The notes under the pieces: model-generated | Databases searched by the model: none | What the model saw: the letters and a program-made list of their open reading frames with translations, nothing else | What the model was told of the DNA's origin: nothing | NCBI GenBank assembly: GCA_963749075.1 | Contig: CAVVLJ010000016.1 | Span: 1,024,001-1,088,000 of the forward strand | Length of the DNA: 64,000 bases | Direction of reading: 5' to 3' | Origin: an uncultured Pseudomonadota bacterium | GTDB taxonomy: Bacteria > Pseudomonadota > Alphaproteobacteria > JACZXZ01 | Translations under genes and position numbers: made by a program | Part shown: positions 1 through 9,583 of the stretch, piece by piece | How positions within the stretch are numbered: the first letter of the stretch is position 1 | Layout: every line of letters starts with the position of its first letter

Positions 1-1
1 C

Positions 2-343
2 GGCTTTGCCACCGCCGGCATCGGTCCTCGCGACAGTGCTACCGGCGACGCGCTCGGCGGCCGGGCCTTTTACGACAGCACGGTCGAGTTGACGGTGCCG
101 CTCGGCCTGCCCAAGGAGTTCGGCATCGTGGGCAAGGTGTTCACGGAGGTGGGCTCGCTCACGCAGACGGATTACACGGGGCCGACCGTCACCGATAGCG
201 GAGCGCTCAGGGCGTCGGTCGGCTTCGGCATCGCCTGGCGCTCGCCCTTCGGGCCCATCCGCGTGGACATCGCGCGGCCGTATCTCAAGGAGACCGGCGA
301 CAAGACGCAGCTCTTCCGCTTCAATTTCGGAACCCGGTTCTAG
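2..343 (+). CDS. bamA: Outer membrane protein assembly factor BamA, C-terminal part (5' truncated by window)
   Basis: Frame open from base 2: GFATAGIGPRD...ALGG...WRSPFGPIRVD...FRFNFGTRF with terminal Phe; lies upstream of skp-fabZ-lpxA. Confidence 0.95.
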   Translation, partial: GFATAGIGPRDSATGDALGGRAFYDSTVELTVPLGLPKEFGIVGKVFTEVGSLTQTDYTGPTVTDSGALRASVGFGIAWRSPFGPIRVDIARPYLKETGDKTQLFRFNFGTRF

Positions 344-354
344 GACAAAGGGAT

Positions 355-915
355 ATGACTCGCAGAACGGTTATGTTGGCGGCCGCGGTGCTGCTGCTCG
401 GGCCGCTCGCGCTTACGCCGGCGGCCTCGGCGCAGAAGAGGTTTCCTGTGCCGGTGGTCGCCGTTGTCGACGTGCAGGCGGTGCTGCAGACGGCCGAGGC
501 GCCGAAGGGCATCCGCGGGCAGATACAGAGGGCGCAAACCGGCTTTCAGCAGGGCCTGCAGAGCAAGAACGACGAGCTGAAGAAAGCCGACGAGGATCTC
601 CAGGCGCAACGCAGCGTGCTCTCCCCCGAGGCCTACAAGCAGCGGCAGCACGAGTTCGAGCAGAGGGTCGCCGACGCCCAGCGCGAGGTGCAGGAGCGGC
701 GCGGCAAGCTCGAGACCGCATTCAACGCAGCCATGCAGCAGGTCGAGACAGTGGTGGTGCAGATCGTCGAGCAGATTGGCAAGGAGTCGGGTGCCACCCT
801 CGTGATCAACAAGGGCGCCGCCATCTATGCCGCTCCCGATCTCGACATCACTCAGGAGGTCGTCAGGCGGCTCAATGCCCGGCTACCCTCCGTCTCCGTT
901 CCGATTCCCAAATAG
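355..915 (+). CDS. skp: OmpH/Skp periplasmic chaperone
   Basis: Signal peptide, VAVVDVQAVL, long coiled coil, DITQEVVRRLN; position after bamA. Confidence 0.9.
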   Translation: MTRRTVMLAAAVLLLGPLALTPAASAQKRFPVPVVAVVDVQAVLQTAEAPKGIRGQIQRAQTGFQQGLQSKNDELKKADEDLQAQRSVLSPEAYKQRQHEFEQRVADAQREVQERRGKLETAFNAAMQQVETVVVQIVEQIGKESGATLVINKGAAIYAAPDLDITQEVVRRLNARLPSVSVPIPK

Positions 916-1086
916 CCGGCCCGGCGCGCGACGCCTACCTCTGCCATTGATAATTTCCGGCGGATCGGGCACAAGACGCGATATTGCCGCGGCCTCCCTG
1001 GGGCCACGGGGGACCAGGCATTGCGAAAGGCTCGCATGTCGGGCGGTGCCGGGCGCCTGAGGCAAGGAGCTGTGGGCGAAAGAGCC

Positions 1087-1557
1087 ATGGAAGCGACGGT
1101 CTTGCAGAGCAAACCGGCCGAGATCGACATCGAGCGGTTGATGGAGCTGATCCCCCATCGCTACCCGTTCCTGATGATCGATCGCGTGGTGGATGTGGTG
1201 CTCGGCGAGAGCGCCGTCGGGATCAAGAACGTCACCATCAACGAGCCGTTCTTTCCGGGCCATTTCCCCAAGCGGCCGGTGATGCCGGGCGTGCTGATCA
1301 TCGAGGCGATGGCCCAGACCGCGGCCGTGCTGGTCGTCTATACGCTCGGCGGCGAGGCCGAGGGCAAGCTCGTCTATTTCATGACGCTCGACGACTGCCG
1401 CTTCCGTCGCCCGGTCTTGCCGGGCGACCAGCTGCGCATCTACGTGACCAAGCAGCGCCAGCGCGGTGCCGTCTGGAAGTTCCGCGGCGAGGCGAAGGTG
1501 GAGGGCGCCCTCGTGGCGGAGGCCACCTTCGGCGCCATGCTGCTCGAGGACAGCTAG
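1087..1557 (+). CDS. fabZ: 3-hydroxyacyl-ACP dehydratase FabZ
   Basis: [40 protein letters not shown] motifs. Confidence 0.97.
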   Translation: MEATVLQSKPAEIDIERLMELIPHRYPFLMIDRVVDVVLGESAVGIKNVTINEPFFPGHFPKRPVMPGVLIIEAMAQTAAVLVVYTLGGEAEGKLVYFMTLDDCRFRRPVLPGDQLRIYVTKQRQRGAVWKFRGEAKVEGALVAEATFGAMLLEDS

Positions 1558-1561
1558 GGCC

Positions 1562-2410
1562 ATGGCGGTGCTGCGGCATGAGCCGGCCGCCAAACCCGCG
1601 CGCGCGGCGGGGATCGAGATCCATCCGAGTGCCATCGTCGACCCGCGCGCCGAGCTCGGCAGCGGCGTCGCGATCGGACCCTATTCCGTGATCGGACCTC
1701 ATGTGCGGCTCGCCGCGGGGGTGCGCGTCGGCTCGCACGTGGCGATCGACGGACGCACGGCGGTCGGCGCCCATACGGCGATCTTCCCCTTCGCCTCGAT
1801 CGGCCACATCCCCCAGGACCTCAAGTACAAGGGCGAGCCCTCCGAGCTCGTCATCGGCGCCAACAACTCGATCCGCGAGCACGTCACCATGAACCCCGGG
1901 ACCGCCGGCGGCGGCATGGTGACGCGCGTCGGCGACAGCTGCCTCTTCATGGTCGGCGCCCACGTGGCGCACGACTGTCAGCTCGGCGACCATGTGGTCA
2001 TGGCCAACAATGCGACCCTCGGCGGCCACGTCGGCGTGGGTGACTGGGCCATCCTCGGCGGCCTCTCGGCGGTGCACCAGTTCGTGCGCATCGGCCGCCA
2101 CGCCATGATCGGCGGCATGTCGGGCGTCGAGCACGACGTCATTCCCTACGGCTCGGTGATGGGCAATCGCGCGCGGCTCGCCGGGCTCAATGTCGTGGGG
2201 CTCAAGCGGCGCGGCTTCACGCGCGAGCAGATCCATACGCTGCGCACGGCCTACCGCCTGCTCTTCGCGCAGGAGGGCACCATGGCCGAGCGGCTCTCGG
2301 ACGCCGAGGAGATTTATCACGACAACGAGGCCGTGATGGAGATCGTGGCCTTCATCCGCGCCGACTCCAGCCGCGCCATCTGCCAGCCCAGGCCGGGAGA
2401 TGTCGAATAA
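1562..2410 (+). CDS. lpxA: Acyl-ACP--UDP-GlcNAc O-acyltransferase LpxA
   Basis: Hexapeptide repeats, PQDLKYKGE, HVAHDC, VHQFVRIG, GLNVVGLKRRGF. Confidence 0.97.
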   Translation: MAVLRHEPAAKPARAAGIEIHPSAIVDPRAELGSGVAIGPYSVIGPHVRLAAGVRVGSHVAIDGRTAVGAHTAIFPFASIGHIPQDLKYKGEPSELVIGANNSIREHVTMNPGTAGGGMVTRVGDSCLFMVGAHVAHDCQLGDHVVMANNATLGGHVGVGDWAILGGLSAVHQFVRIGRHAMIGGMSGVEHDVIPYGSVMGNRARLAGLNVVGLKRRGFTREQIHTLRTAYRLLFAQEGTMAERLSDAEEIYHDNEAVMEIVAFIRADSSRAICQPRPGDVE

Positions 2411-3221
2411 GCTCGGCATCGTGGCGGGCGGCGGTGCCTTGCCCGCGCAATTGATCGAGGCCTGCCGCAGGGATGGACGCGAGGTCTTCGTCATCGCCGT
2501 CCGCGGCCAGGCGGAGGCGGCCGAGCTTGCCGCGGCACCCGATGCCTGGGTGCGCATCGGCGCCCCGGGCCGCGCCGTCGAGCTTGCGCGCCAGCACGGC
2601 GTCACCGACGTGGTCTTTGCCGGGCGCTTCCGCCGGCCGAGCCTCTTGGAGGTGTTTCCCGACCGCCTCGCCATGCAGTTCATCCTCGAGGTAGGCCTGC
2701 ATCTCTTCCGCGACGACGGGCTGCACAAGGCGGTGGTGGATTGGGCGCGGCGCCTCGGCTTCCGCATCGTCGGCCCCGAGACGATCGATCGCGGCCTGCT
2801 CGCCCCCGAGGGCGTCTACGGCAGGGTGGCACCCGATGACGAGGCGCTGAGCGACATCGCGCGCGGCATCGAGGCGGCCAAGGCGCTCGGCCGCGTCGAC
2901 GTGGGGCAGGGCGTCGTCGTCCAGCACGGCGTGGTGCTCGCCCTCGAGGCGATCGAGGGTACCGACGCGATGATCGCACGGGCGGGCAAGTTAGCACTCA
3001 AAGGGCCGGGCGGCGTCCTCGTCAAGGTGAAGAAGCCCGCGCAGGAGGAGTGCATCGATCTGCCGGCCATCGGCGTCCGTACGGTCGAGCGCGCGCGTCA
3101 GGCGGGCCTCCGCGGCATCGCGGTCGAGGCGGGGGGTGCGATCGTCATCGATCGCGAGCGCGTGGCCGCGGCGGCGGACGCGGCCGGCATCTTCGTGGTC
3201 GGCATCAAGGTCGAGCCGTGA
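2400..3221 (+). CDS. lpxI: UDP-2,3-diacylglucosamine diphosphatase LpxI
   Basis: KLGIVAGGGALP, DVGQGVVV, EAIEGTD, DLPAIG; between lpxA and lpxB. Confidence 0.93.
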   Translation: MSNKLGIVAGGGALPAQLIEACRRDGREVFVIAVRGQAEAAELAAAPDAWVRIGAPGRAVELARQHGVTDVVFAGRFRRPSLLEVFPDRLAMQFILEVGLHLFRDDGLHKAVVDWARRLGFRIVGPETIDRGLLAPEGVYGRVAPDDEALSDIARGIEAAKALGRVDVGQGVVVQHGVVLALEAIEGTDAMIARAGKLALKGPGGVLVKVKKPAQEECIDLPAIGVRTVERARQAGLRGIAVEAGGAIVIDRERVAAAADAAGIFVVGIKVEP

Positions 3222-4432
3222 GCGCGCCGCCCGCCGCAGCGCAAGCAGGCCCGGGCGGCCCGCTCATCTTCCTCATGGCCGGCGAGCCGTCGGGCGACGC
3301 CCTCGGCGCCCGCCTCATGGCGGCACTCAGGCGCGAGACGAACGGCAAGGTGCGCTTCGCCGGCATCGGCGGCGAACGCATGGCGGAGGAGGGGCTCGAG
3401 AGCCTCTTCGCCATGGAGGAGCTCTCGGTCATGGGCCTGACCGAGGTGCTGCCGCGCCTCCCGCGCATTCTCCGCCGCATGCGCGAGACGGTGGCGCGCA
3501 TCAAGGCGCTCAAGCCGTCGGCGGTCGTCTCGATCGATGCCACCGGCTTCTGCTTCCGCGTCGAGCGCCGCTTGAAGGGCCTCGGCATTCCGCTCGTCCA
3601 TTATGTGGCGCCCATGGTGTGGGCATGGCGGCCGTGGCAGGCCAAGACGCTCGCCAAGTTCCTCGATCACCTGATGACGCTGCTGCCCTTCGAGGCGCCC
3701 TATTTCAGCCGCGTCGGCGTGCCGGCGACCTTCGTCGGCCATTCGGTGATCGAGGAGCCGGCGGAGAGGGGCGACGGCGCTGCCTTCCGCCGCCGCCACG
3801 GCATTCCGCCCGAGGCGTCGCTCCTTGCCGTGCTGCCTGGAAGCAGGCGCGGCGAGGTGCGCCGGCTGCTCCCCGTCTTCGCGGCGACGCTTCTGCACCT
3901 CAAGCGCGAGTTCCCAGAGCTTCACGCCGTCGTGGCTACGGTGGGCACCGTCGCCGAGCAGGTCCGCGAGGCGGCGGCAAGCTGGCCGGTGCCGGCCGTC
4001 GTCGTGCGCGGCGTTGCCGAGAAATACGACGCCTTTGCCGCGGCGACGGCGGCACTCGCCGCCTCTGGCACCGTCTCGCTGGAGCTTGCGCTCGCGCGCC
4101 GTCCGATGGTGATCGCCTACAAGGCGAACCCGCTCACCGTCTGGATCGTGCGCCACTTCCTGATCAAGGTGCGCTACGTGACCGTGGTCAACCTGCTGCT
4201 CGACCGCGAGGTCGTGCCCGAGCTCCTCCAGGAGAAGTGCCGGCCGGAGCTCCTCTCCGAAGCGGTCGCCCGCCTGCTGCGCGACCCCGAGGCGCGGCGC
4301 GCGCAGGTCGAGGGCTCGCTCGCCGGCCTCCGCCAGCTCGGCCTCGACGGCCCGCCGCCCTCGCTCCGCGCCGCGCGCACCATTCTCGGCGTGATCGCGG
4401 AAAAGCGCGCTCAGCGGGCTATTGCGGATTGA
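3218..4432 (+). CDS. lpxB: Lipid-A-disaccharide synthase LpxB
   Basis: AGEPSGDALG, HYVAPMVWAWR, LPGSR, SGTVSLE; GTG start overlaps lpxI stop. Confidence 0.96.
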   Translation: MSAPPAAAQAGPGGPLIFLMAGEPSGDALGARLMAALRRETNGKVRFAGIGGERMAEEGLESLFAMEELSVMGLTEVLPRLPRILRRMRETVARIKALKPSAVVSIDATGFCFRVERRLKGLGIPLVHYVAPMVWAWRPWQAKTLAKFLDHLMTLLPFEAPYFSRVGVPATFVGHSVIEEPAERGDGAAFRRRHGIPPEASLLAVLPGSRRGEVRRLLPVFAATLLHLKREFPELHAVVATVGTVAEQVREAAASWPVPAVVVRGVAEKYDAFAAATAALAASGTVSLELALARRPMVIAYKANPLTVWIVRHFLIKVRYVTVVNLLLDREVVPELLQEKCRPELLSEAVARLLRDPEARRAQVEGSLAGLRQLGLDGPPPSLRAARTILGVIAEKRAQRAIAD

Positions 4433-4844
4433 TGATCTGGTCGCAATAGGCGCGGTGCGAGGCGAGGCAATTCTCGAGCTTGCTTTCCTGGATGAGCCTC
4501 TCGACGAGGAAGAGCCCGACGAGGGCCGCGATCACGGCGACGGCGACCCCGGCCCAGGTGGCAAAGCCGTTGTCATACTCCTTCTCGATGCGGCGGGATT
4601 CGTGCGCGCGGCGCTCGCGCGCGGCGGCGGCGTCCGCGGCGGCGGCGGCGTCCATCTCGGCCTTGCGCGCCTGCCACTCGCGCGCCTTGAGGGTGGCGCC
4701 CTTGCCCGCCTTGCCGCGCGCATCGCCATTGGCCGCCGGCGCCTCGCGCGCGCGCTCGCCATCCACTCCGGCGGACGGCGGATGCAGCAGCGGGTGGAGT
4801 TCCTTGAGGCGCTCGACCCATCCCCTCGGCAATTGCGTGTTCAT
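4419..4844 (-). CDS. Small hypothetical membrane protein (one C-terminal TM followed by a Cys pair)
   Basis: MNTQLPRGW start, Ala/charged helical region, TM WAGVAVAVIAALVGLFLV, then ENCLASHRAYC; fills an otherwise empty gap. Confidence 0.6.
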   Translation of the reverse strand: MNTQLPRGWVERLKELHPLLHPPSAGVDGERAREAPAANGDARGKAGKGATLKAREWQARKAEMDAAAAADAAAARERRAHESRRIEKEYDNGFATWAGVAVAVIAALVGLFLVERLIQESKLENCLASHRAYCDQIINPQ

Positions 4845-4929
4845 GATGCGAGCCGATCTCGATCCGCTTGCCTGCCGTCGCAGATGCGAGTCTGCTCCCT
4901 TCGCGCCCGTTTTACAATTGTCCGCTCGG

Positions 4930-5811
4930 CTACCCTGCGAAGAACCTGATGAGCCATTGATAGGTCGTCTCCGGGGCATCCTCGGGCACGTAATGCCCGC
5001 ATGGGATGGCTCCGCCCGTCACGTCCGCCGCGTATTGCCGCCAGATCGGCAGGAGATCGCCGTGGACCGAGCCGGTATGGCTCTCGCTCCCCCAGATGGC
5101 GAGGGCGGGCATGGCGATCTTGTGCCCGCGGTCGAAATCCGCCTGGTCCATCTCGAGGTCGCACGTCACGCAGGCGCGGTAGTCTTCGCAGGAGCCGTGG
5201 ATGGTCTTCCAGGTGAAGCAGCGCACGTACTCGGCGAAAGCCTCGGGCGTGAAGGGGCGCAAGCCGATGCCGGGCTTGGCGAGCTTCTTCTCCATGTACC
5301 ATTCGGCCGGCACCGCCGCCATCATGCGCTCGGGGAAGTCGAAGGGCTGCGCCATGAAGGGCCAGTGCCAGGACTTGAGCGCCCAGTCCTTCGAGGTGTG
5401 GGTCCAGATGTGGTGGCTCGGCAGGATGTCGATGAGGGCCGCCTTGATGACGCGCTCCGAATGGTCCAGGCACATGCGGTGGGCCGTGCGGGCGCCGCGG
5501 TCGTGGCCGGCCACGAAGAAGCGCTCGTGGCCGAGTGCCGCCATGACCTCGACCTGGTCCTGGGCCATGGCGCGGAAGGAATAATTGATGTGGTTCTCGC
5601 CGGGCTCGGGGCCCGAGCTGTCGCCGTAGCCGCGCAGGTCGGCGGCAACCACGTGGAAGCGCTCGGCCAGGCGCCCTGCGATCTTGTGCCAGGAGACGTG
5701 GCTCAGCGGATTGCCGTGCAGCAGAAGGAGAGGGGGCCCGTCGCCGCCGTGGCGGAGATGGATGCGGGCGCCGCTCGTGGCGATCTCCGTGCGCGTGAAG
5801 CCCTCGAACAT
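4930..5811 (-). CDS. Alpha/beta hydrolase, fluoroacetate/haloacetate dehalogenase-like
   Basis: LLHGNP, GHDRGAR, DILP, WHW, CEDYRA, GHYVPE motifs. Confidence 0.88.
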   Translation of the reverse strand: MFEGFTRTEIATSGARIHLRHGGDGPPLLLLHGNPLSHVSWHKIAGRLAERFHVVAADLRGYGDSSGPEPGENHINYSFRAMAQDQVEVMAALGHERFFVAGHDRGARTAHRMCLDHSERVIKAALIDILPSHHIWTHTSKDWALKSWHWPFMAQPFDFPERMMAAVPAEWYMEKKLAKPGIGLRPFTPEAFAEYVRCFTWKTIHGSCEDYRACVTCDLEMDQADFDRGHKIAMPALAIWGSESHTGSVHGDLLPIWRQYAADVTGGAIPCGHYVPEDAPETTYQWLIRFFAG

Positions 5812-5821
5812 GCTCGCCTCC

Positions 5822-7180
5822 TCAACTATGCGGGCCGCGCTCGAGCGCCAGCACCCGGTCGACCATCTCGCCCGCGAGCCCGAGATAATTTCCCGGATCG
5901 ACCAGCTTGGCGAGCTCGTGTCGCGGCATGTGGCGGGCGATCTCCTGGTTCGCCGCGAGGAGGTCGAGGAGCGGCCGGCCGCTCCGCACCACCTCGCGGC
6001 AGATGTCGTAGACGAGATCGTGGGCGCGCTGGCGGCCGAGATGCGGTGCCAGGCCCATCATCACCGCCTCGGAGACGATGAGGCCGCCCGTGAGATCGAG
6101 GTTGCTGCGCATGCGCGCCGCGTCCACCTCGAGCCCGGCCGCCAGGCTCCCGCTCTGGGCGAGCGCACCCGAGGCGAGGAGGAAGATCTCGGGAAGGGCG
6201 ATCCACTCGATCTCCCAGGGGCCGGTCGAGCGCTCGTGGTCGGCCGCCATGGCCTCGAGCATGGCCGCCACGTTCTGGCGCACGAGTGCCGAGGTGGCGT
6301 GGATATAGAGGCAGGAGATCGGATTGCGCTTCTGCGGCATGGTGCTGCTCGAGCCGCGCCCCTCGTGGAACGGCTCATAGACCTCGGCCACCTCGGTCTG
6401 CATGAGGAGCTTCACGTCGGTCGCGAGCTTGGCGAGCGTGCCCGTGACGAGGCCGAGGAAGCAGGCTGCCTCGGCGAAGCCGTCGCGCACCGTGTGCCAG
6501 GCGATGGCCGGCTGGCCGAGGCCGAGCTCCGCCATGAGGGCCGCCTGGACCTTGAGGCCGTCTGAGCCGAGGGAGGAGAGGGTGCCGGCCGCACCGCCGA
6601 ACTCACCCACCAGCACGCGCGGGCGCAGCTCGGCAAGCCGCGCGCGGTGGCGCTGCATGGCCGCGAGCAGCGTCGCCATCTTGTAGCCGAAGGTGATGGG
6701 CACGGCCTGCTGCAAGTTGCTGCGCCCGGCCATGGGGGTGAGCCTGTGGCGCTCGGCGAGGGTCGCGAGCGAGGCGGAGATGCGCGCCATCTCCTCCTCG
6801 ACGAGCGTCAAGGCGGCGCGCAGCTGGAGCACCGCGGCCGTGTCGGTCACGTCCTGGGTGGTGGCGCCCCAATGGCAATATTCGCCGAGGCCGTCCGAGC
6901 AGCGCTCGACGATCTGCTGCACCACGCCGAGGATGGGGTAGCCGATGCGCTCGGTGGCGGCCTTGAGCTTCGCGAGGTCGATCTTCTCGATGCGGCAGTT
7001 GCGCGCGATCTCCTCGGCGGCGCGCGCGGGGATGATGCCGAGCCGGCCCTGCACGCGGGCGAGTGCCGCCTCGAAGTCGAGATAGCGCTGCACGCGGTTC
7101 TCGTCCGAGAAGATGTGGCGCATCGCCGCGGTCGAGAAGATGTCGCGGAAGATCGCGGAATCGAGCGTCGTAGCAGGCAT
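5822..7180 (-). CDS. Fumarase/aspartase-superfamily lyase, 3-carboxy-cis,cis-muconate cycloisomerase (PcaB)-like
   Basis: HWGATTQDVTDTA and signature GSSSTMPQKRNP; start at MPATTLDS. Confidence 0.85.
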   Translation of the reverse strand: MPATTLDSAIFRDIFSTAAMRHIFSDENRVQRYLDFEAALARVQGRLGIIPARAAEEIARNCRIEKIDLAKLKAATERIGYPILGVVQQIVERCSDGLGEYCHWGATTQDVTDTAAVLQLRAALTLVEEEMARISASLATLAERHRLTPMAGRSNLQQAVPITFGYKMATLLAAMQRHRARLAELRPRVLVGEFGGAAGTLSSLGSDGLKVQAALMAELGLGQPAIAWHTVRDGFAEAACFLGLVTGTLAKLATDVKLLMQTEVAEVYEPFHEGRGSSSTMPQKRNPISCLYIHATSALVRQNVAAMLEAMAADHERSTGPWEIEWIALPEIFLLASGALAQSGSLAAGLEVDAARMRSNLDLTGGLIVSEAVMMGLAPHLGRQRAHDLVYDICREVVRSGRPLLDLLAANQEIARHMPRHELAKLVDPGNYLGLAGEMVDRVLALERGPHS

Positions 7181-7301
7181 CGGGCGGTCTCCCTGGCAGG
7201 CGGCGCAGTCGACAATCATCTTGCACCGCCGCGCCCCGGCGACAAAGATGCAATCCCGGAAAAAGCCCGATCCCGCGCCCAAGCCGCGGAGGGGAGCGAT
7301 C

Positions 7302-8558
7302 ATGGGAGGAAAGGGGAGCGCCGGCCCGCTCGACGGCCTCAAGGTCGTTGAATTCGGCGTCGCCATGGCCGGTCCCTTCTGCGCCATGCTGCTCGCCGAC
7401 TATGGCGCCGGCGTGGTCAAGGTCGAGCGCGTCGGGGAGGGCGACGACAGCCGCGGCTGGCCGCCCTATTTCGCGGGTGCCTTGCCCTATTACTTCGCCG
7501 CCGCCAACCGCAACAAGCGCTCGATCGCCCTCGACCTCAAAAGTGCCAAGGGCCGCGCCATCGCCTGGCGGCTCGCCGCCGAGGCCGACGTGCTGATCGA
7601 CAACTACCGCGTGGGTGCGCTCGCCCGCGCCGGCCTCGGCTACGAGGCGCTTGCCGCCGCCAATCCGCGCCTCGTCTATTGCAGCATCAGCGGCTTCGGC
7701 GCCTCGGGCCCGCGCGCCGAGGAGCGCGCCAACGACCTCTTCATGCAGGCTTTTGCCGGCAGCATGAGCATCACCGGCGAGCCGGGCGGCGGGCCGGTCA
7801 AGATCGGCCCCTCGATAGCCGACATCGGCGCCGGGCTCTTCGCCGCGGTCGGCATCCTGATGGCGCTCGAGGCGCGGCACCGCAGCGGGCGCGGCCAGCG
7901 CGTCGAGACCTCGCTCCTCGAGGGCCAGCTCGCCATGCTCGCCTACCACCTCACCTATTACTTCGCCTCGGGCCGCGTACCGGAGCGCAGGGGCTCGGCG
8001 AGCCAGGTCAACGTCCCCTATCAGGCCTTCGCGACCGCGGACGACTGGGTGGTGATCGCCGCTTTCAACGAGCCCACGTGGCGCCGCTTCGCCGCCGCCG
8101 TCGGGCATCCCGCATGGGCCGACGACCCGCGCTTCCGCAGCGCCGACCGGCGCGAGGCGAGCCGCGAGCTCCTCGTCGGCATGATCGGGGAGGCGCTCGC
8201 CCAACTCCCGGCCGCCGAATGGGAGCGCCGTTTCAAGGCCGCGGGCGTGCCCTGCACCCGCGTCAACCGCATCGACCAAGTCGTCGAGGACGCCCAGGTC
8301 AGGGCGCGCGAGATGATCGCCGAGCTCGCGGTGCCGGGCGTAGGCTCCGTGCGCATGGCCGGGCTCCCCGTCAAGCTCGCGGCGACGCCCGGCCGCATCG
8401 CAGCCCCGCCTCCGCGGTTGGGCCAGCACACCGACGAAGTGCTGCAGGAGCTGGGCTTCAGCGGGACGGAGATTGCGGCTCTCGCGGCCAGCGGCGCGGT
8501 CGCCCTCGATCAGGGCTTCCGCGGCACCCGCGAGGCGCTCGCCGAGCCGCAGGCTTGA
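7302..8558 (+). CDS. CaiB/BaiF family III CoA-transferase
   Basis: GPLDGLKVVE, AGPFCAMLLADYGA, NRNKRSIALDLK, YCSISGFG, SIADIGAG, PRLGQHT. Confidence 0.93.
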   Translation: MGGKGSAGPLDGLKVVEFGVAMAGPFCAMLLADYGAGVVKVERVGEGDDSRGWPPYFAGALPYYFAAANRNKRSIALDLKSAKGRAIAWRLAAEADVLIDNYRVGALARAGLGYEALAAANPRLVYCSISGFGASGPRAEERANDLFMQAFAGSMSITGEPGGGPVKIGPSIADIGAGLFAAVGILMALEARHRSGRGQRVETSLLEGQLAMLAYHLTYYFASGRVPERRGSASQVNVPYQAFATADDWVVIAAFNEPTWRRFAAAVGHPAWADDPRFRSADRREASRELLVGMIGEALAQLPAAEWERRFKAAGVPCTRVNRIDQVVEDAQVRAREMIAELAVPGVGSVRMAGLPVKLAATPGRIAAPPPRLGQHTDEVLQELGFSGTEIAALAASGAVALDQGFRGTREALAEPQA

Positions 8559-8618
8559 TGGCGCGGGCACGGAAAGCGGGTGTAAGATCGACGACGGACC
8601 AGGGCAAGGAGCGGTGCC

Positions 8619-9581
8619 ATGTCGGATCTTCCGAAGGCGGTGCGCATCAACGAGGAAGGCCCGCGCGAGGGCTTCCAGATCGAGAAGGGGCCGATCTCGA
8701 CCGCGCGCAAGATCGCGCTCATTGACGCGCTCTCCGAGACCGGCCTCAGGCAGATCCAGGTGGTCTCCTTCGTGAGCCCCAAGGCGGTGCCCCAGATGGC
8801 CGATGCCGAGGAGGTGGTGAAGGGCTTCGCCAGGAAGCCGGGCGTGCGCTATACCGCCCTTTGGCTCAACGACAAGGGCCTGGCCAGGGCGCTCGCCACG
8901 GGCCGCCTCGACGTCGACGGCTCGCTCTCGCTCACCGCGTCCGAGAAATTCCTCACGCGCAACCAGAACCGCACGCTCGCCGAGAACCTGGCGGCGCAGC
9001 ACAGCATCATCGGCATGTACAAGGAGAACGCCGTGCCGGTCGAGCGCGGCTCGGTCATGGCGGCCTTCGGCTGCAACTTCGAGGGCGACGTCCCGGTCGC
9101 GACCGTGCTCGGCATCATCGCCGAGATGCTCGAGGTGGCGGAGGAGCATCAGATCAAGATCAAGACGGTCACGCTCGCCGACACCATGGCCTGGGCCACG
9201 CCGCTCTCGATCAAGCGCCTCGTCGGCGCCGTGCGCGAGCGCTTTCCCGAGCTCAAGATCAACCTCCACCTCCACGACACGCGCGGCATGGGGATCGCCA
9301 ACGCCTATGCCGCCCTCGAGATGGGGGTCGAGAGCTTCGATGCCGCCGTCGCCGGACTCGGCGGCTGTCCCTTCGCGGCGCACGCGGGTGCCGCCGGCAA
9401 CGTCTGCACCGAGGACCTGGTATTTATGTGCGAGGAGATGGGCATCGCGACCGGCGTCGATCTCGAGAAGCTCATCGAGACGGCGCGCCTCGCCGAGGAC
9501 ATCGTCGGGCATCCGCTGCCGGGCTCGGTGATGAAGGGCGGCAGCCTCGCCCGCCTGCGCGCCGCCGTGGGAGCGCACTGA
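8619..9581 (+). CDS. HMG-CoA lyase family (DRE-TIM) acyl-CoA lyase
   Basis: EEGPREGFQIE, SFVSPKAVPQMAD, LHLHDTRG, GLGGCPFA, GNVCTEDL. Confidence 0.9.
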   Translation: MSDLPKAVRINEEGPREGFQIEKGPISTARKIALIDALSETGLRQIQVVSFVSPKAVPQMADAEEVVKGFARKPGVRYTALWLNDKGLARALATGRLDVDGSLSLTASEKFLTRNQNRTLAENLAAQHSIIGMYKENAVPVERGSVMAAFGCNFEGDVPVATVLGIIAEMLEVAEEHQIKIKTVTLADTMAWATPLSIKRLVGAVRERFPELKINLHLHDTRGMGIANAYAALEMGVESFDAAVAGLGGCPFAAHAGAAGNVCTEDLVFMCEEMGIATGVDLEKLIETARLAEDIVGHPLPGSVMKGGSLARLRAAVGAH

Positions 9582-9583
9582 CC

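Noticed and set aside
5822-7180. Calling this gene pcaB (protocatechuate pathway) or purB
   Set aside because: No other pca genes are nearby, and superfamily motifs do not fix the substrate
6603-9578. 991-aa antisense ORF, and similar long shadow ORFs (e.g. 37813-40302, 52331-54235, 4480-6081)
   Set aside because: They lie opposite well-supported genes, have no motifs, and are expected from stop-codon scarcity at high GC
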